64,000 nt of DNA. Source: Candidatus Altiarchaeales archaeon (GTDB lineage: Archaea > Altiarchaeota > Altiarchaeia > IMC4 > SCGC-AAA252-I15). The notes beneath the pieces were generated by a model, which worked only from the letters and a program-made list of their open reading frames with translations, ran no database searches and was not told the origin of the DNA. Positions 50,262 through 61,091 of the stretch are shown piece by piece; the first letter of the stretch is position 1, and each line of letters starts with the position of its first letter. A program made the translations under genes and the position numbers. The stretch spans positions 320,001 through 384,000 of the forward strand of contig WJMO01000006.1 of assembly GCA_014727915.1 (NCBI GenBank), written 5' to 3'.

Positions 50262-51212
50262 TCACTTCTTCATCTTGACAGCCTCCTCGGCTGCCTTGAC
50301 TATGTCGGCTGACTTAAGGTTGTACATTTGAAGCAGGTCCTCGGCGGAGCCCGACTTTCCGAAACGGTCCCTTATCCCAACACGCCGCATCGGCGTCGGA
50401 CAGTCCTCGGCCAATGCTTCAGCCAACGCACTGCCCAAGCCTCCGTGTATGCTATGCTCCTCAACGGAGACTACAGCCCCGGTTTCCTTAGCTGCTTTGG
50501 CGACAAATTCACGGTCAAGAGGTTTGATCGTGTGCATGTTGAGCAGACTGGCGGATATGCCCTTCTTCTTGAGTTCCGCGGCTGCTTGTATGGCCTCGGA
50601 AACCATGTAGCCGCAGGCGAAGATGGAAACGTCAGAGCCTTCGAGCAGCTTTCTGGGCTTGTCGGTGAACTTCCCATAGTCTTCGAACAAGACAGGGCTC
50701 TTCTCCCGGGTCAGCCTCATGTAGATGGGCCCCTCGTATCTCGCGGCAGCCCTTACCATGGCACGGGTCTCAACAGGGTCCGCGGGAACCTGCACCTTCA
50801 TCCCAGGTATCACCCTCATCAGGGATAGGTCCTCGATTATCTGATGGCTGCTACCGTCCTTGCCAACGGTTATGCCAGCGTGGGTAAGCACGATCTTCAC
50901 GTTCAAGCTGTCATAGGCTATGGTGTTCCTTATCTGCTCCCAACCCCTGCCGGCGCCGAACATGGCGAACGCGCTCGTGAAAACCGTCTTGCCCGCTAGG
51001 GCCAACCCCGCGGACAATCCCATCAGGTTCTGCTCCGCGCAGCCTACGTTGAAGAATCGGTCAGGGTACTCCCTGGCGAACATGATGGTCTGCGTTGAAG
51101 AGCTGAGGTCCGCGTCGACCACTACTATGTTCGGGTCTTCCCCTCCCAACTCTACCAAGGTTTCCCCATATGCCTTCCTCGTGTGCTCCTTGGTATCGCA
51201 TGTTAGTTTCAT
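50262..51212 (-). CDS. Transketolase, C-terminal subunit
   Basis: DADL, AEQN, DGSSHQ, EEH; start ATG 51212. Confidence 0.93.
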   Translation of the reverse strand: MKLTCDTKEHTRKAYGETLVELGGEDPNIVVVDADLSSSTQTIMFAREYPDRFFNVGCAEQNLMGLSAGLALAGKTVFTSAFAMFGAGRGWEQIRNTIAYDSLNVKIVLTHAGITVGKDGSSHQIIEDLSLMRVIPGMKVQVPADPVETRAMVRAAARYEGPIYMRLTREKSPVLFEDYGKFTDKPRKLLEGSDVSIFACGYMVSEAIQAAAELKKKGISASLLNMHTIKPLDREFVAKAAKETGAVVSVEEHSIHGGLGSALAEALAEDCPTPMRRVGIRDRFGKSGSAEDLLQMYNLKSADIVKAAEEAVKMKK

Positions 51213-52039
51213 ACCAGCTCCTTCAACGCCTCGCAAAGTTGTTCCCTGCTCAAAGGCTTACCGTGGAATTCAGCGACGTTCTCCATGAAAGACACTCCCT
51301 TGCCCTTGGTTGTGTTGGCTATTAACACCGTGGGAGAGTCCTTCAGAAGCTCCGCCTCATCCAAGGCGTTTATTATCTCTTCGAAGTTGTGGCCGTCCAC
51401 TGTGAGTACATTCCAGCCGAAACCGCTCCACTTGTCGGCGAGAGGCTCGATGGACATTACCTCCTCGGTGCTCCCGTCGATCTGAAGGCTGTTACGGTCC
51501 ACGACGACACATAGGTTGTCAAGCCTGTAATGGGCAGCCGACATCGCAGCCTCCCAGATCTGACCCTCCTGAGACTCCCCATCGCCCAATATGACATAGA
51601 CACGATAGTCCCTCTTGTCCAATTTGCCAGCCAACGCAATCCCGCACGCTACGCTCAACCCCTGACCCAGCGAACCGGTCGAAACATCCACCCCAGGTAT
51701 GCTCTTCCGGCAGGGATGGCCTTCAAGGAAGCTGTCCGCATGGCGGAACCTCTTCAGCTCCTTGACAGGAATGTAACCGGACTCGGCAAGCACACTGTAC
51801 AGCGCAGGGGCGGCATGCCCCTTGCTAAGCACGAACCGGTCCCTGTCAACCCATTCCGGGTCAGCAGAGCGGTGGCGCATTTTGTAGAAATATAGAGTGA
51901 CAATGACCTCCAAGGCGGACATGGAACCTCCGGGGTGGCCTGACCCCGCCTCTGTTGTCATCTCGAGGATGTGCTTGCGTACAGCCTTAGCCTTCGAATT
52001 CAAAAGTTTTATAGTGTCCTGGTCCACCATGCCAACCAC
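51209..52039 (-). CDS. Transketolase, N-terminal subunit
   Basis: SGHPGG, DRFVLSKGH, GSLGQG, GDGE. Confidence 0.94.
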   Translation of the reverse strand: MVGMVDQDTIKLLNSKAKAVRKHILEMTTEAGSGHPGGSMSALEVIVTLYFYKMRHRSADPEWVDRDRFVLSKGHAAPALYSVLAESGYIPVKELKRFRHADSFLEGHPCRKSIPGVDVSTGSLGQGLSVACGIALAGKLDKRDYRVYVILGDGESQEGQIWEAAMSAAHYRLDNLCVVVDRNSLQIDGSTEEVMSIEPLADKWSGFGWNVLTVDGHNFEEIINALDEAELLKDSPTVLIANTTKGKGVSFMENVAEFHGKPLSREQLCEALKELV

Positions 52040-52065
52040 GCGTGGATAGTATTCGACCTTCTCGG

Positions 52066-52722
52066 TTAAAAATGTTTCCTCAGCTCCGACACCGCAGATG
52101 ATATCCCGCGGGGGTGCTTGAATATGTATGATCCCGCCACCAGAACATCAGCCCCAGCCTCTGATATGGACTTGGCCGTGTCGGCATTTACGCCCCCATC
52201 GACTTCCAGTAGGGTTCTGAGCCCTTGGTCGTCTATAACAGACCTGGCAGACCTTATCTTATCCAAGACCTCCACCTTGAACTTCTGCCCTCCGAAACCG
52301 GGCTCAACACCCATGAACAATAACATATCCAGGTCTCCGATCACCTCCAATACCTTCTCGAGAGGTGTTCCAGGGTTTAGTGAGACTCCTACCCTGGCGC
52401 CCGTCTCAGACACCTTCCTGACCGAGTTCTTAAGGTCCATGCATGCCTCCGCATGTATGGTGATGTAATCGGCGCCGGCAGACCTGAAATCCCCAACGTA
52501 CCTCACAGGGTCGAGTATCATAAGATGAACGTCCAATGTCAAGTCGGTGGCCGGCCTCAAAGACTTCAGAACCGGTATTCCAACGCTTATGTTTGGCACG
52601 AAACACCCGTCCATCACGTCAAAGTGTATCCACTCCACCCCCGCCTCGCCGGCTGCCGCTACCTCCTCCCCCAGGCGGGTGAAATCCGCCGACAGGATGG
52701 AGGCTGCAATGATCTTACCCAT
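52066..52722 (-). CDS. rpe: Ribulose-phosphate 3-epimerase
   Basis: HFDVMDG, DVHLM, PGFGGQ, VDGG; start ATG 52722. Confidence 0.95.
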   Translation of the reverse strand: MGKIIAASILSADFTRLGEEVAAAGEAGVEWIHFDVMDGCFVPNISVGIPVLKSLRPATDLTLDVHLMILDPVRYVGDFRSAGADYITIHAEACMDLKNSVRKVSETGARVGVSLNPGTPLEKVLEVIGDLDMLLFMGVEPGFGGQKFKVEVLDKIRSARSVIDDQGLRTLLEVDGGVNADTAKSISEAGADVLVAGSYIFKHPRGISSAVSELRKHF

Positions 52723-53638
52723 TTCGAACCCACTCCACAGTCTTTGACAAACCATCCCTCAAACCCGTCACAGGCTTCCAGCCCAGTTCCCCGTCAGCCA
52801 ACGAGACGTCAAGGTATATGTGCCTGACCTCGCCCGGGACAGTGTCCGAGTGCTCGGGCTCCACGTCAACCCCCATGGCATCGATCAGCTCCGCTGTTAT
52901 GTCGTTCACCGACGTCTCGACACCTGAGCCGATGTTGTAAACCCCTGACTTCCCGCTCTCCCTCAGACCCGCGAGGTTAGCCCCTGCTATGTCGGCAACG
53001 TAGCAGAAGTCCCGCGTCTGGCCGCCGTCGCCGAATATCACGGGAGGCCTGCCCTCATGCAACAGTCCGGCGAATATGGCTATCACGCCCGCTTCCCCCA
53101 AGGGATCCTGCCTTGGCCCATAGACGTTCCCATACCTGAGTATGTTATAGTCCAGGCCATAGTTTTCAGCGTATAGTTCGACGTATTTTTCCCCCGCATA
53201 CTTGGAAACGCCATATGGGCAGAGGGGGGCTATCGGGTGGCCTTCGCCAACGGGATTTTGCTCAGGCTCGCCGTATACTGCGCCTCCAGAAGAAGCATAG
53301 ACTATCCTCTCCACCCCGTTCTTCCTGCAGGACTCCAGCAGGTTGACCGTCCCCATGATGTTTATGCCAGCATCGTATATTGGGTCCTTAAAGCTTTCCC
53401 TTACGTTTATCTGAGCGGCCAAATGCACCACGAAATCCGGCTTCTCCTCCTTGAAGACCTGATCCAGCTTGGACGAGGACACGTCCGCCTTATGGAAATG
53501 AACTGCGGGGTTTAGGTTCTCGCGTTTTCCTGTTGAGAGATCATCCACTACTGCAACATCGTATCCTTCCTCCAAGAGCAGGTCCACAGTGTTGCTGCCT
53601 ATGAACCCAGCACCCCCGGTGACGAGGACCTTACTCAT
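52715..53638 (-). CDS. UDP-glucose 4-epimerase-like SDR
   Basis: GGAGFIG, YGVSK, NVYGPRQ. Confidence 0.88.
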   Translation of the reverse strand: MSKVLVTGGAGFIGSNTVDLLLEEGYDVAVVDDLSTGKRENLNPAVHFHKADVSSSKLDQVFKEEKPDFVVHLAAQINVRESFKDPIYDAGINIMGTVNLLESCRKNGVERIVYASSGGAVYGEPEQNPVGEGHPIAPLCPYGVSKYAGEKYVELYAENYGLDYNILRYGNVYGPRQDPLGEAGVIAIFAGLLHEGRPPVIFGDGGQTRDFCYVADIAGANLAGLRESGKSGVYNIGSGVETSVNDITAELIDAMGVDVEPEHSDTVPGEVRHIYLDVSLADGELGWKPVTGLRDGLSKTVEWVRNG

Positions 53639-54570
53639 GAAACGACCTCTTTGAAGTAGTCGATGGTCTTCGAAAGCCCCTCCCTCAAATGGACCTTAGG
53701 CTTCCAGCCCAGTACCTCCCCCGCAAGGGCGATGTCAGGGCACCTTACCTTGGGGTCGTCCTCGGGCAGGGGCTCGAATCCTATCTTCGACTTTGAGCCG
53801 GTCAATTCTATTATGATCTCAGCCAGCTCCAGCATGTTAAACTCTCCCGGGTTACCGACGTTCACCGGCTCATGGTAGTCGGATTCCATCAGCTTCAATA
53901 TGCCCTCTACCTGGTCCGTTATGTAGCAGAAGCTCCTGGTCTGCTTACCATCGCCGAAAACTGACAGGTCCTCTCCCTTGAGGGCCTGGGATATGAAGGT
54001 GGGTACGACACGCCCATCGTCTATGCGCATCCTGGGACCGTAAGTGTTGAATATGCGGACTATCCTCGTGTCTATGGCATGGGTTCGATGGTATGCCATG
54101 ACAAGGGCCTCGCTGAACCTCTTAGCCTCGTCATACACCGACCTGGGACCTATGGGGTTCACGTTACCCCAGTAGGACTCCGGCTGCGGGTGGACCAGCG
54201 GGTCACCATAAACTTCGGACGTCGAAGCCTGGAGGTACCGGGAGCCCTTCGCCTTGGCCACGCCCAAAGTGTTCAACGTGCCAAGCGAATCAACCTTCAT
54301 CGTCTGTATCGGGAGCTTCTGGTAGTCTATGGGGCTGGCGGGGCACGCAAAATGAAGTATGTAATCTAGGTCGCCTTCGACCTCTATGTATTTGCTAACG
54401 TCATGCTCTATGAACTCGAAGTCCTTCTCCCCGAGAAGATGGTCTATGTTGCGCATGGAACCAGTAAGCAGATTGTCCATGCATATGACATGCCATCCCC
54501 CGCCCAGAAGCCTGTCGCATAGGTGCGAGCCTATGAAACCCGCGCCGCCCGTGACCAACACCCTCTTCAT
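53635..54570 (-). CDS. UDP-glucuronate decarboxylase (UDP-xylose synthase)
   Basis: [32 protein letters not shown]. Confidence 0.92.
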   Translation of the reverse strand: MKRVLVTGGAGFIGSHLCDRLLGGGWHVICMDNLLTGSMRNIDHLLGEKDFEFIEHDVSKYIEVEGDLDYILHFACPASPIDYQKLPIQTMKVDSLGTLNTLGVAKAKGSRYLQASTSEVYGDPLVHPQPESYWGNVNPIGPRSVYDEAKRFSEALVMAYHRTHAIDTRIVRIFNTYGPRMRIDDGRVVPTFISQALKGEDLSVFGDGKQTRSFCYITDQVEGILKLMESDYHEPVNVGNPGEFNMLELAEIIIELTGSKSKIGFEPLPEDDPKVRCPDIALAGEVLGWKPKVHLREGLSKTIDYFKEVVS

Positions 54571-55445
54571 CTGTACTTTGCCTCCACTTCATCCGCGTTG
54601 AAGTTTGAAAAGTATTCCCTCAGTCGGGGACCGACTTCCTCGTGCAGGAGACCGTATTCGAGGGAAGCCTTCAAGTATTCGAACTTGTTGCCAAGGTCAT
54701 GGCGGACACCCTCGAACTCCCAACCATACATCTCCTCCTTCTTGCTCAATCTCATGAGGCCGTCCGTCAGCTGTATCTCACCGCCACGTCCCTTCTTGGT
54801 CTTCTTAAGCTCTTCGAATATCCCGGGGGTCAGGAGGTACCTCCCTATTATCCCCAGGTTGGAAGGAGAATCCTCCGGCTTAGGCTTCTCCACCAGATGG
54901 GTTATCCTATGAAGGCCAGGACCAACCTCGGTGCCGTCGATTATTCCATAGCTGGATATCATGTGTTCCGGGACCTTCTCCACCGCGATTATCGACGCCT
55001 TATGCTTGTAGTATAGCTCGAAAAGCTGCTTGGTGCAGGGCTTCTTGGAGAAGACTATGTCATCGCCCAACAGCACCGCGAATGGCTCGTCCCCCACGTG
55101 CTTCTCGGCTCTCAGTATCGCATGCCCCAGGCCCAACGCCTCCTTCTGCCTTATGAAGTGTATGTCCACCATGCTGGCTATGTCAGCGACCATCTCCTTC
55201 AGGTCTTCCTTCCCCTTCTTGTCCAACACCGCCTCCAACTCCACGCTGTGGTCGAAGTGGTCCTCGATCACACGCTTGCCCCTTCCGGTTATTATGATTA
55301 TGTCGTCTATCCCCGAGTCCACGCACTCCTCAACAACGAACTGTATGCTGGGCTTGTCCACGAGGGGCAGCATCTCCTTGGGCTGGCTCTTAGTCGCAGG
55401 GAGGAAGCGGGTGCCCAAGCCAGCGGCGGGTATCACAGCCTTCAT
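54567..55445 (-). CDS. galU: UTP-glucose-1-phosphate uridylyltransferase
   Basis: [34 protein letters not shown]. Confidence 0.96.
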   Translation of the reverse strand: MKAVIPAAGLGTRFLPATKSQPKEMLPLVDKPSIQFVVEECVDSGIDDIIIITGRGKRVIEDHFDHSVELEAVLDKKGKEDLKEMVADIASMVDIHFIRQKEALGLGHAILRAEKHVGDEPFAVLLGDDIVFSKKPCTKQLFELYYKHKASIIAVEKVPEHMISSYGIIDGTEVGPGLHRITHLVEKPKPEDSPSNLGIIGRYLLTPGIFEELKKTKKGRGGEIQLTDGLMRLSKKEEMYGWEFEGVRHDLGNKFEYLKASLEYGLLHEEVGPRLREYFSNFNADEVEAKYR

Positions 55446-55571
55446 AGTGGATAACACATATGGGACCTTCCTTTTAAATAATATCCAAGGGCCGAGCCTG
55501 GTTGGGATAATCCAAATAGTATCCCCAAGGTAAGTGAAATGTTTTTTAGCCTTCCAGGACAGATATTATTA

Positions 55572-56135
55572 ATGCACAGGGTTTATGCGGTTGACTTTGA
55601 CGGAACGCTCTGCGATACGTCTTCTCTCAAACAGGAATATCTGCTCAACAACCACGGGGTGATCGTCTGCCCATGCAACACCAACAGAACATACCTTACC
55701 AGGGAGAAAGGCCATATCTCTGAGGAGGATTATGATGCCATGGTCGAGTTCGTTGGGAGCAGGGAGGCCACATTATCAGCCAAACCGGTGCCAGGAGCGG
55801 TCGAAGCCGTGAAGAGAATGTCCGAATCAGGGAGGGTTTTCATCCTGACAGCCAGGAGGGGAAGCCAGTTGGACTCTGCGAGGGAGTGGAGTAGAAAAAA
55901 CGGGCTGGAAGATTTCATAGAGGGATACATCTCATCCCGCCATTTCACGGAAGACAAGATGCGCATATGCAGCAGCCTCAACATCAGATACCTGATAGAC
56001 GACGACCCAGGGAATCTGGACCAACGCAGCCAGGAGGTGGAGGGCATAATCTTCAGGAACGGGTGCGCGCTTGAGGATAGCATGAGCGCGGCCTGCGCTG
56101 TCGACTGGCAGCAGGCACTGGCCTACATGCAGTAG
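55572..56135 (+). CDS. HAD-superfamily hydrolase (NT5C-like)
   Basis: DFDGT, LTAR, K, IDD motifs. Confidence 0.8.
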   Translation: MHRVYAVDFDGTLCDTSSLKQEYLLNNHGVIVCPCNTNRTYLTREKGHISEEDYDAMVEFVGSREATLSAKPVPGAVEAVKRMSESGRVFILTARRGSQLDSAREWSRKNGLEDFIEGYISSRHFTEDKMRICSSLNIRYLIDDDPGNLDQRSQEVEGIIFRNGCALEDSMSAACAVDWQQALAYMQ

Positions 56136-56136
56136 C

Positions 56137-57426
56137 CTACCAGCAGAGACCCTCGTACTCCACGTCATCAGCCAGGAGGTCAACGTTCAATATGTGCCTC
56201 GAGTCGACCACCCGCTTCTTCTTCATGGGCGAGAAGTCGACTGTCTTGAATTCAGGCCACTCGGTAACTATGACGGCGAGCTCGCTGTCCTTCAACGCGT
56301 CCTTGACCGTAGACGCATATTTGATGCTGTCCTTGAAATGGTCCTTAGCGTTATCGATGGCCTCGGGGTCGTATGCGGTAATCTCGGCACCTTCCTCAAT
56401 CAGTCCCCTGACTATGGGTACGGACGGGCTCTCCCGCATGTCGTCCGTGCCGGCCTTGAACGCCAAGCCCAAGACGGTCACCTTGGCGCCCTTCAGTTCA
56501 TACTTGGACCTGACTAGGTCCAACAGTACCTGCGGCTGCCTGGCGTTGACCTCCAGCACCGCATTCAACAGTATAGGATCAACATCCACTTCCTGGGCCT
56601 TATGAACCATTGCCTTGACGTCCTTCGGGAAGCAGCTACCCCCGAATCCAGGGCCGGCGTTCAGGAAAGAGGGGGATATTCGATGGTCCAATCCTACGCC
56701 CTTAGCGACATCGTAGACGTTGACATTAAGCCTCTTGCACACGTTTCCGATCTCATTGATGAAGCTTATCTTGGTTGCGAGCAGGCTGTTGCTCGTGTAC
56801 TTAATCATCTCCGCGGTCTTCAGGTTAACGCGGAGCACCGGGGCTGTGAAGTCGTAGTAGAGCTTCTCTATGAGGTCGCCGCCCCTCTCGTCCAGGCTGC
56901 CTATGACGATGCGATCGGGGTTCAGGAAGTCGTCCACTGCAACGCCCTCTCGTAGGAACTCCGGGTTCATGACGACGCCGAAGTCCCTTCCAGCCTTCTT
57001 CCCAGACTCCTTCTCCAAGGCGGGTATCACATGCTCTTCTGTGGAGCCGGGTATGATGGTGCTCTTCACCACCACGACATGGTATCCCTTCTTCTTTTTG
57101 AGTATCTTACCCACTTCCCTGCTGACCTCTTTCACATACTTCAGGTTGATGCTGCCATCGTCGTCGGATGGGGTGCCCACGCATATGAAGGTTACGTCGG
57201 TCTTCAGCACGCTGGCCTCCAGGTTCAACGAAGCCTTCAGATTTTCAGGGACTACATGGTCGAGTATCTCCTGAAGGCCCTTCTCGAATATGGGCGGCTT
57301 ACGGGCGTTTATCATGTCCACCTTGCGCTTGTCGATGTCTACGCATATAACGTCATGGTCCTTCTCGGCGAAGCCCGCCGCCGTTATCAAACCAACATAG
57401 CCCGATCCAACCACTGAAATCTTCAT
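56137..57426 (-). CDS. ugd: UDP-glucose 6-dehydrogenase
   Basis: GSGYVG, VGTP, NPEFLREG, FGGSCFPKD. Confidence 0.95.
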   Translation of the reverse strand: MKISVVGSGYVGLITAAGFAEKDHDVICVDIDKRKVDMINARKPPIFEKGLQEILDHVVPENLKASLNLEASVLKTDVTFICVGTPSDDDGSINLKYVKEVSREVGKILKKKKGYHVVVVKSTIIPGSTEEHVIPALEKESGKKAGRDFGVVMNPEFLREGVAVDDFLNPDRIVIGSLDERGGDLIEKLYYDFTAPVLRVNLKTAEMIKYTSNSLLATKISFINEIGNVCKRLNVNVYDVAKGVGLDHRISPSFLNAGPGFGGSCFPKDVKAMVHKAQEVDVDPILLNAVLEVNARQPQVLLDLVRSKYELKGAKVTVLGLAFKAGTDDMRESPSVPIVRGLIEEGAEITAYDPEAIDNAKDHFKDSIKYASTVKDALKDSELAVIVTEWPEFKTVDFSPMKKKRVVDSRHILNVDLLADDVEYEGLCW

Positions 57427-57449
57427 GGGTAAACTATGGCAGAAAACCT

Positions 57450-58247
57450 TTAAAAAAACCCGAGCAGCCAGTCGAAGAGCGATCTCATGAAAGAGGGCCT
57501 AACATCATCCGCGGGGGTTTTCCGGTCTTTTGAGGGGACCGTGCGGGGAGGCCCTGCCAGAGTCGCCCTGCTAGACTCCCCCACGACTATGTTGTCAGAG
57601 CAGATCCTGTGCACTTCCCTTGCAGCCTCCTTACCCCCAGCATCGTTGACGCGGATGAACATCTTCCTTGCTGAATCGGCACTCTCCACGCACTCGGGAT
57701 ACAATGCGTTTCCCTGGTACCTGCGCGCCATTTTTAGGTGGTAGGTTGCGTTTTCGTATGTGCGACTACGCTCGTCGATGAGGTCCAAGAGAGCCTTGGC
57801 CTGGCCCATGCTGATAGGGTCTTCCTCTTGGGAGGATAGGTTATAGCAAGCCATCGCATATTCACGGGCAGACTCGTAGTCGCCAGCCAGGATCATGTCC
57901 TGGGAGGTCAGATAGTATGATTCAGCCATACCATCGGGAGGTAAGTCCTCGCATTGCTCGCTTATCCTGTCGGATAGTATCTTCGCGCTGTGAAGGTATG
58001 ACCTGAAGATTTGGGACTTCACCCTCTTGTCCGGGTCTGGTATGATAGCCTCCTCTTCAACTGCCTCCTCATAGTATCCCTGGTATACGTTGACCGCCAT
58101 CAAAGCGTGGAACGTGGCATTCTGGCAGTCCCCAAGCGCCGAGTATCTCTCAGCCTCCTCAACGTGACGCTTCGCCTTGCTCACGTCATAGGCTGAAACA
58201 GGGAGGTAGAAGAGCAGCAGCAGGACAAAAACGTTCAAGTATTTCAA
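57450..58247 (-). CDS. Secreted TPR-like helical protein
   Basis: TTG start overlapping the nadE stop; signal peptide; helical repeats; amphipathic C-terminus. Confidence 0.6.
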   Translation of the reverse strand: MKYLNVFVLLLLFYLPVSAYDVSKAKRHVEEAERYSALGDCQNATFHALMAVNVYQGYYEEAVEEEAIIPDPDKRVKSQIFRSYLHSAKILSDRISEQCEDLPPDGMAESYYLTSQDMILAGDYESAREYAMACYNLSSQEEDPISMGQAKALLDLIDERSRTYENATYHLKMARRYQGNALYPECVESADSARKMFIRVNDAGGKEAAREVHRICSDNIVVGESSRATLAGPPRTVPSKDRKTPADDVRPSFMRSLFDWLLGFF

Positions 58248-59029
58248 TTTAACCTTACCATCTCCGGCCTGTTGACCTTGTGCCTGTTGTCCTCCACACG
58301 CCTGCGCACCTTCACAACCTCTTCCTGTCCTATCTTGAGCTTCTCTGCGACCTCGTCTACCATCATCCACTCGTCGAATGAGAGGTGGAGGATCCTGTCA
58401 AGGGTCTTGTAGCCGATGCCAAGCTCGTCCTCGTCGCACTGGCCCTCCCACAAGCCGGCGGTGGGCGCCTTTTTGATTATGGAAGATGGCAGCTTAAGGT
58501 GTTGGGCAAGCTGCCTTACCTGGGTCTTGTACAATGATGCGATGGGAAGGCAGTCGGAGGCGCCGTCACCGTGTTTCGTGAAGTATCCGGTTAACAGCTC
58601 CGTCTTGTTGGATGTGCCGAGCACCAATCTGTTCTCCGTGTTTGCAGTCAGGTATATCAGAAGCATTCGAGCCCGCGCCTTCACGTTCCCAAGATGGCGG
58701 AATCCGATGTCACGGCCGAAAGACGACCTCACAGCATCCACGACACCGTTGATCTCCATGACAGAGTGCCGGACCTTCAGCTTCCCAGCCAGACCGATAG
58801 CATCGTCCAAGTCCGATTTGGGGGTCAATCCCATCTCGGGCAATATGAGGGCGTGAACGTCGACCTTGGCCTTCGCAGCGAGGGAGCATGTGACAGCGGA
58901 ATCAAGTCCTCCGCTCAAGCCCAGCACAACACCTTCCGACTTCGAGCCATCAACCCAGGATGATATTGAGGACGTGACGGTCTTAACCGCCGATTTTAGC
59001 TGTTCGGGGGATAGGCGAAGGGATTCCAT
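58244..59029 (-). CDS. nadE: NH3-dependent NAD+ synthetase
   Basis: SGGLDS, NVKARARM, NKTE, TKHGDG, PTAGL. Confidence 0.96.
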   Translation of the reverse strand: MESLRLSPEQLKSAVKTVTSSISSWVDGSKSEGVVLGLSGGLDSAVTCSLAAKAKVDVHALILPEMGLTPKSDLDDAIGLAGKLKVRHSVMEINGVVDAVRSSFGRDIGFRHLGNVKARARMLLIYLTANTENRLVLGTSNKTELLTGYFTKHGDGASDCLPIASLYKTQVRQLAQHLKLPSSIIKKAPTAGLWEGQCDEDELGIGYKTLDRILHLSFDEWMMVDEVAEKLKIGQEEVVKVRRRVEDNRHKVNRPEMVRLN

Positions 59030-59085
59030 AACAGTAACATATTGTTTTGAGTTTTTTTTAATTAAAACATGATATAAGTAACGAT

Positions 59086-59535
59086 ATGACCAAGATAGAC
59101 GATGTTGACCTGAAGATCATCAGGGAGCTGAGGGGGGACGGTAGGAGGAGCTTCAGGGAGATAGCGGAGAAGCTGAAGGTCGCGGAAGGCACGGTATACA
59201 ACCGTGTGAACAAGCTGAAGGACATGGGCGTCATAAAGAGCTTCATAGCAGACATAGACTACAGCAAGCTCGGATACGACCTCACAGCAGTGATAGGAGT
59301 GATCGTGAAGGGCGGGCACCTTCCGGAGATAGAGAAGAAGATAGCCGCTGAGAAGAACGTCACCGCAGTCTACGACGTAACGGGACAGTATGACGCGATA
59401 GTCGTCGCCAAGTTCCCTGACAGGACCGAACTTAACAAGCTGGTCAAGAAGCTCACCGCCATGGAGCACGTGGACAGGTCCTATACGATGGTCGTGCTGA
59501 ACGTGGTGAAAGAAATGCACGGCATAGAAGTATAG
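59086..59535 (+). CDS. Lrp/AsnC-family regulator
   Basis: N-terminal HTH and VTGQYD. Confidence 0.93.
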   Translation: MTKIDDVDLKIIRELRGDGRRSFREIAEKLKVAEGTVYNRVNKLKDMGVIKSFIADIDYSKLGYDLTAVIGVIVKGGHLPEIEKKIAAEKNVTAVYDVTGQYDAIVVAKFPDRTELNKLVKKLTAMEHVDRSYTMVVLNVVKEMHGIEV

Positions 59536-59570
59536 ACATTTTATGGATAATTTTGAATATTTTGGAAAAA

Positions 59571-60230
59571 CTATAAATATTTTAAGAATACCTGCAGGTC
59601 GTCTGGGTTCAAAACTGGGCGGTGGTAATCGTCGCCGACTATCCGGGGGCATGCGGTGTTGACCAGGCAGTCAACGTTGAATGGGAGCATGTTGTTGGGG
59701 GTTATCTCATCGCCTGCGAATATGAACGCCTCCTTCCCCTTAGACCTGAGCTTGCCCGAGAGCTCCAGTGCCCTGTCAAGGCTGTACTGGCCGCCTTTGG
59801 TGGAGACCATCACACCGAACGATTTTGATTCCATCGCCCGTTTGACCGCAGCCTTCCTCTTTCCAAGCCACCTGCCCTTTTCCTCGTCGGTTATAGCATC
59901 CAACACCCCCGAAAGGGGGTTCAACATGTACACCTGCTTTTCCGTCTTCAAAGCCACGCCCAGGGGGTGGAAGCGGCCGGAGCCCATGTAGAGTATGCAG
60001 TCGACGTCCAACTTCAAAGCGGCGTCCTGCCTGCAGCCGAGTATCTGGCCCCCCACCTCGACCCTCTTCCCCTTAGACTCCAGGTAATCCTTCACCTCCC
60101 CCAATTGGTGGAGGTGCTGGGCTGTGGTGACCAGTCCAATCGACGGATAGGCTTCCAATATCCCATAGCATTCTTCAAGAACAGGGATCGGATTTGAGAG
60201 GGAACGACAGGGTATGTGGAGTACCTTCAT
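59571..60230 (-). CDS. dph2: Diphthamide synthesis protein Dph2, short form
   Basis: TAQH, QILGC, GRFH, STKGGQ, TACPR. Confidence 0.85.
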   Translation of the reverse strand: MKVLHIPCRSLSNPIPVLEECYGILEAYPSIGLVTTAQHLHQLGEVKDYLESKGKRVEVGGQILGCRQDAALKLDVDCILYMGSGRFHPLGVALKTEKQVYMLNPLSGVLDAITDEEKGRWLGKRKAAVKRAMESKSFGVMVSTKGGQYSLDRALELSGKLRSKGKEAFIFAGDEITPNNMLPFNVDCLVNTACPRIVGDDYHRPVLNPDDLQVFLKYL

Positions 60231-60280
60231 GTTAAACAAATGGGCATAGCATAAAAATAGCTGGGATCGGATAAGACGTT

Positions 60281-61036
60281 CTAATCAGATTTCTTCCCGG
60301 ACTTCTTGGGGGTTTTCTCCTCTGATTTATCATCCGACTTCTCATCCCCCGAATCCGACTTCTCTTTCTTCTTTTTCTCCGGGTTCTCCCATGTCTCCTC
60401 GAAGACAACATCATCCACCTTCAACAGCTTGAAGGCCTCGGCTGTGAAGCTCATCTTCCGCATGAGCAGGTTCTGATCGTAGTTCGCGGACTTTGGGAGC
60501 TTGACCGTCAGCTTGTTGGCTGTCAGCTTTGACTCGAACTCGTCGGATGATTCGAACGCCCGCTCGAGTATGTAGTTGACCTTGTCAGTGTCTGTTTTCG
60601 CCTTTTCAACGACTTCAACGTCGAATTCGATGGTCTTGCCAGCCAGCTCGTGGTTGAAGTCCACCCGAACCCTGCCGCCCGCAACCGTCTGCACGCGACC
60701 GCGCATGTTGTCGATCTCAACAGGCATGCCGGGTATTGGGTTTATCCGCTGCTGCTTGAACTGCTTTATAGGTATCAGCTTGACCATTGAGGGGTTCCTG
60801 GGGCCGTAGGCCTTCTCAGGCTCGATTGTTACGGTCTTCTTCTCCCCGACCTTCATCTTGGCGAGGGCCTCGTCCAACCCTTCAACCACCTGCCCCTCGC
60901 CCACTGCAACGCTGAAGGGCTTGTAAACCCTCCGCTCGTCGAATATGCCCTCTTTCTCAGCGTCCTCCCGGCGGGTGGTGTCGAACACCGCACCGTCCTT
61001 GATGCGTCCAGTGTAGTTTATTTTGATGAAATCCAT
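60281..61036 (-). CDS. Long-type FKBP peptidyl-prolyl isomerase
   Basis: FDTT, PEKAYG, VDFNHELAGK. Confidence 0.93.
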   Translation of the reverse strand: MDFIKINYTGRIKDGAVFDTTRREDAEKEGIFDERRVYKPFSVAVGEGQVVEGLDEALAKMKVGEKKTVTIEPEKAYGPRNPSMVKLIPIKQFKQQRINPIPGMPVEIDNMRGRVQTVAGGRVRVDFNHELAGKTIEFDVEVVEKAKTDTDKVNYILERAFESSDEFESKLTANKLTVKLPKSANYDQNLLMRKMSFTAEAFKLLKVDDVVFEETWENPEKKKKEKSDSGDEKSDDKSEEKTPKKSGKKSD

Positions 61037-61091
61037 CTTCTAAAAGGTCTTAACATTTAACACATCCTATTATAAATACCCGGATATTAAG

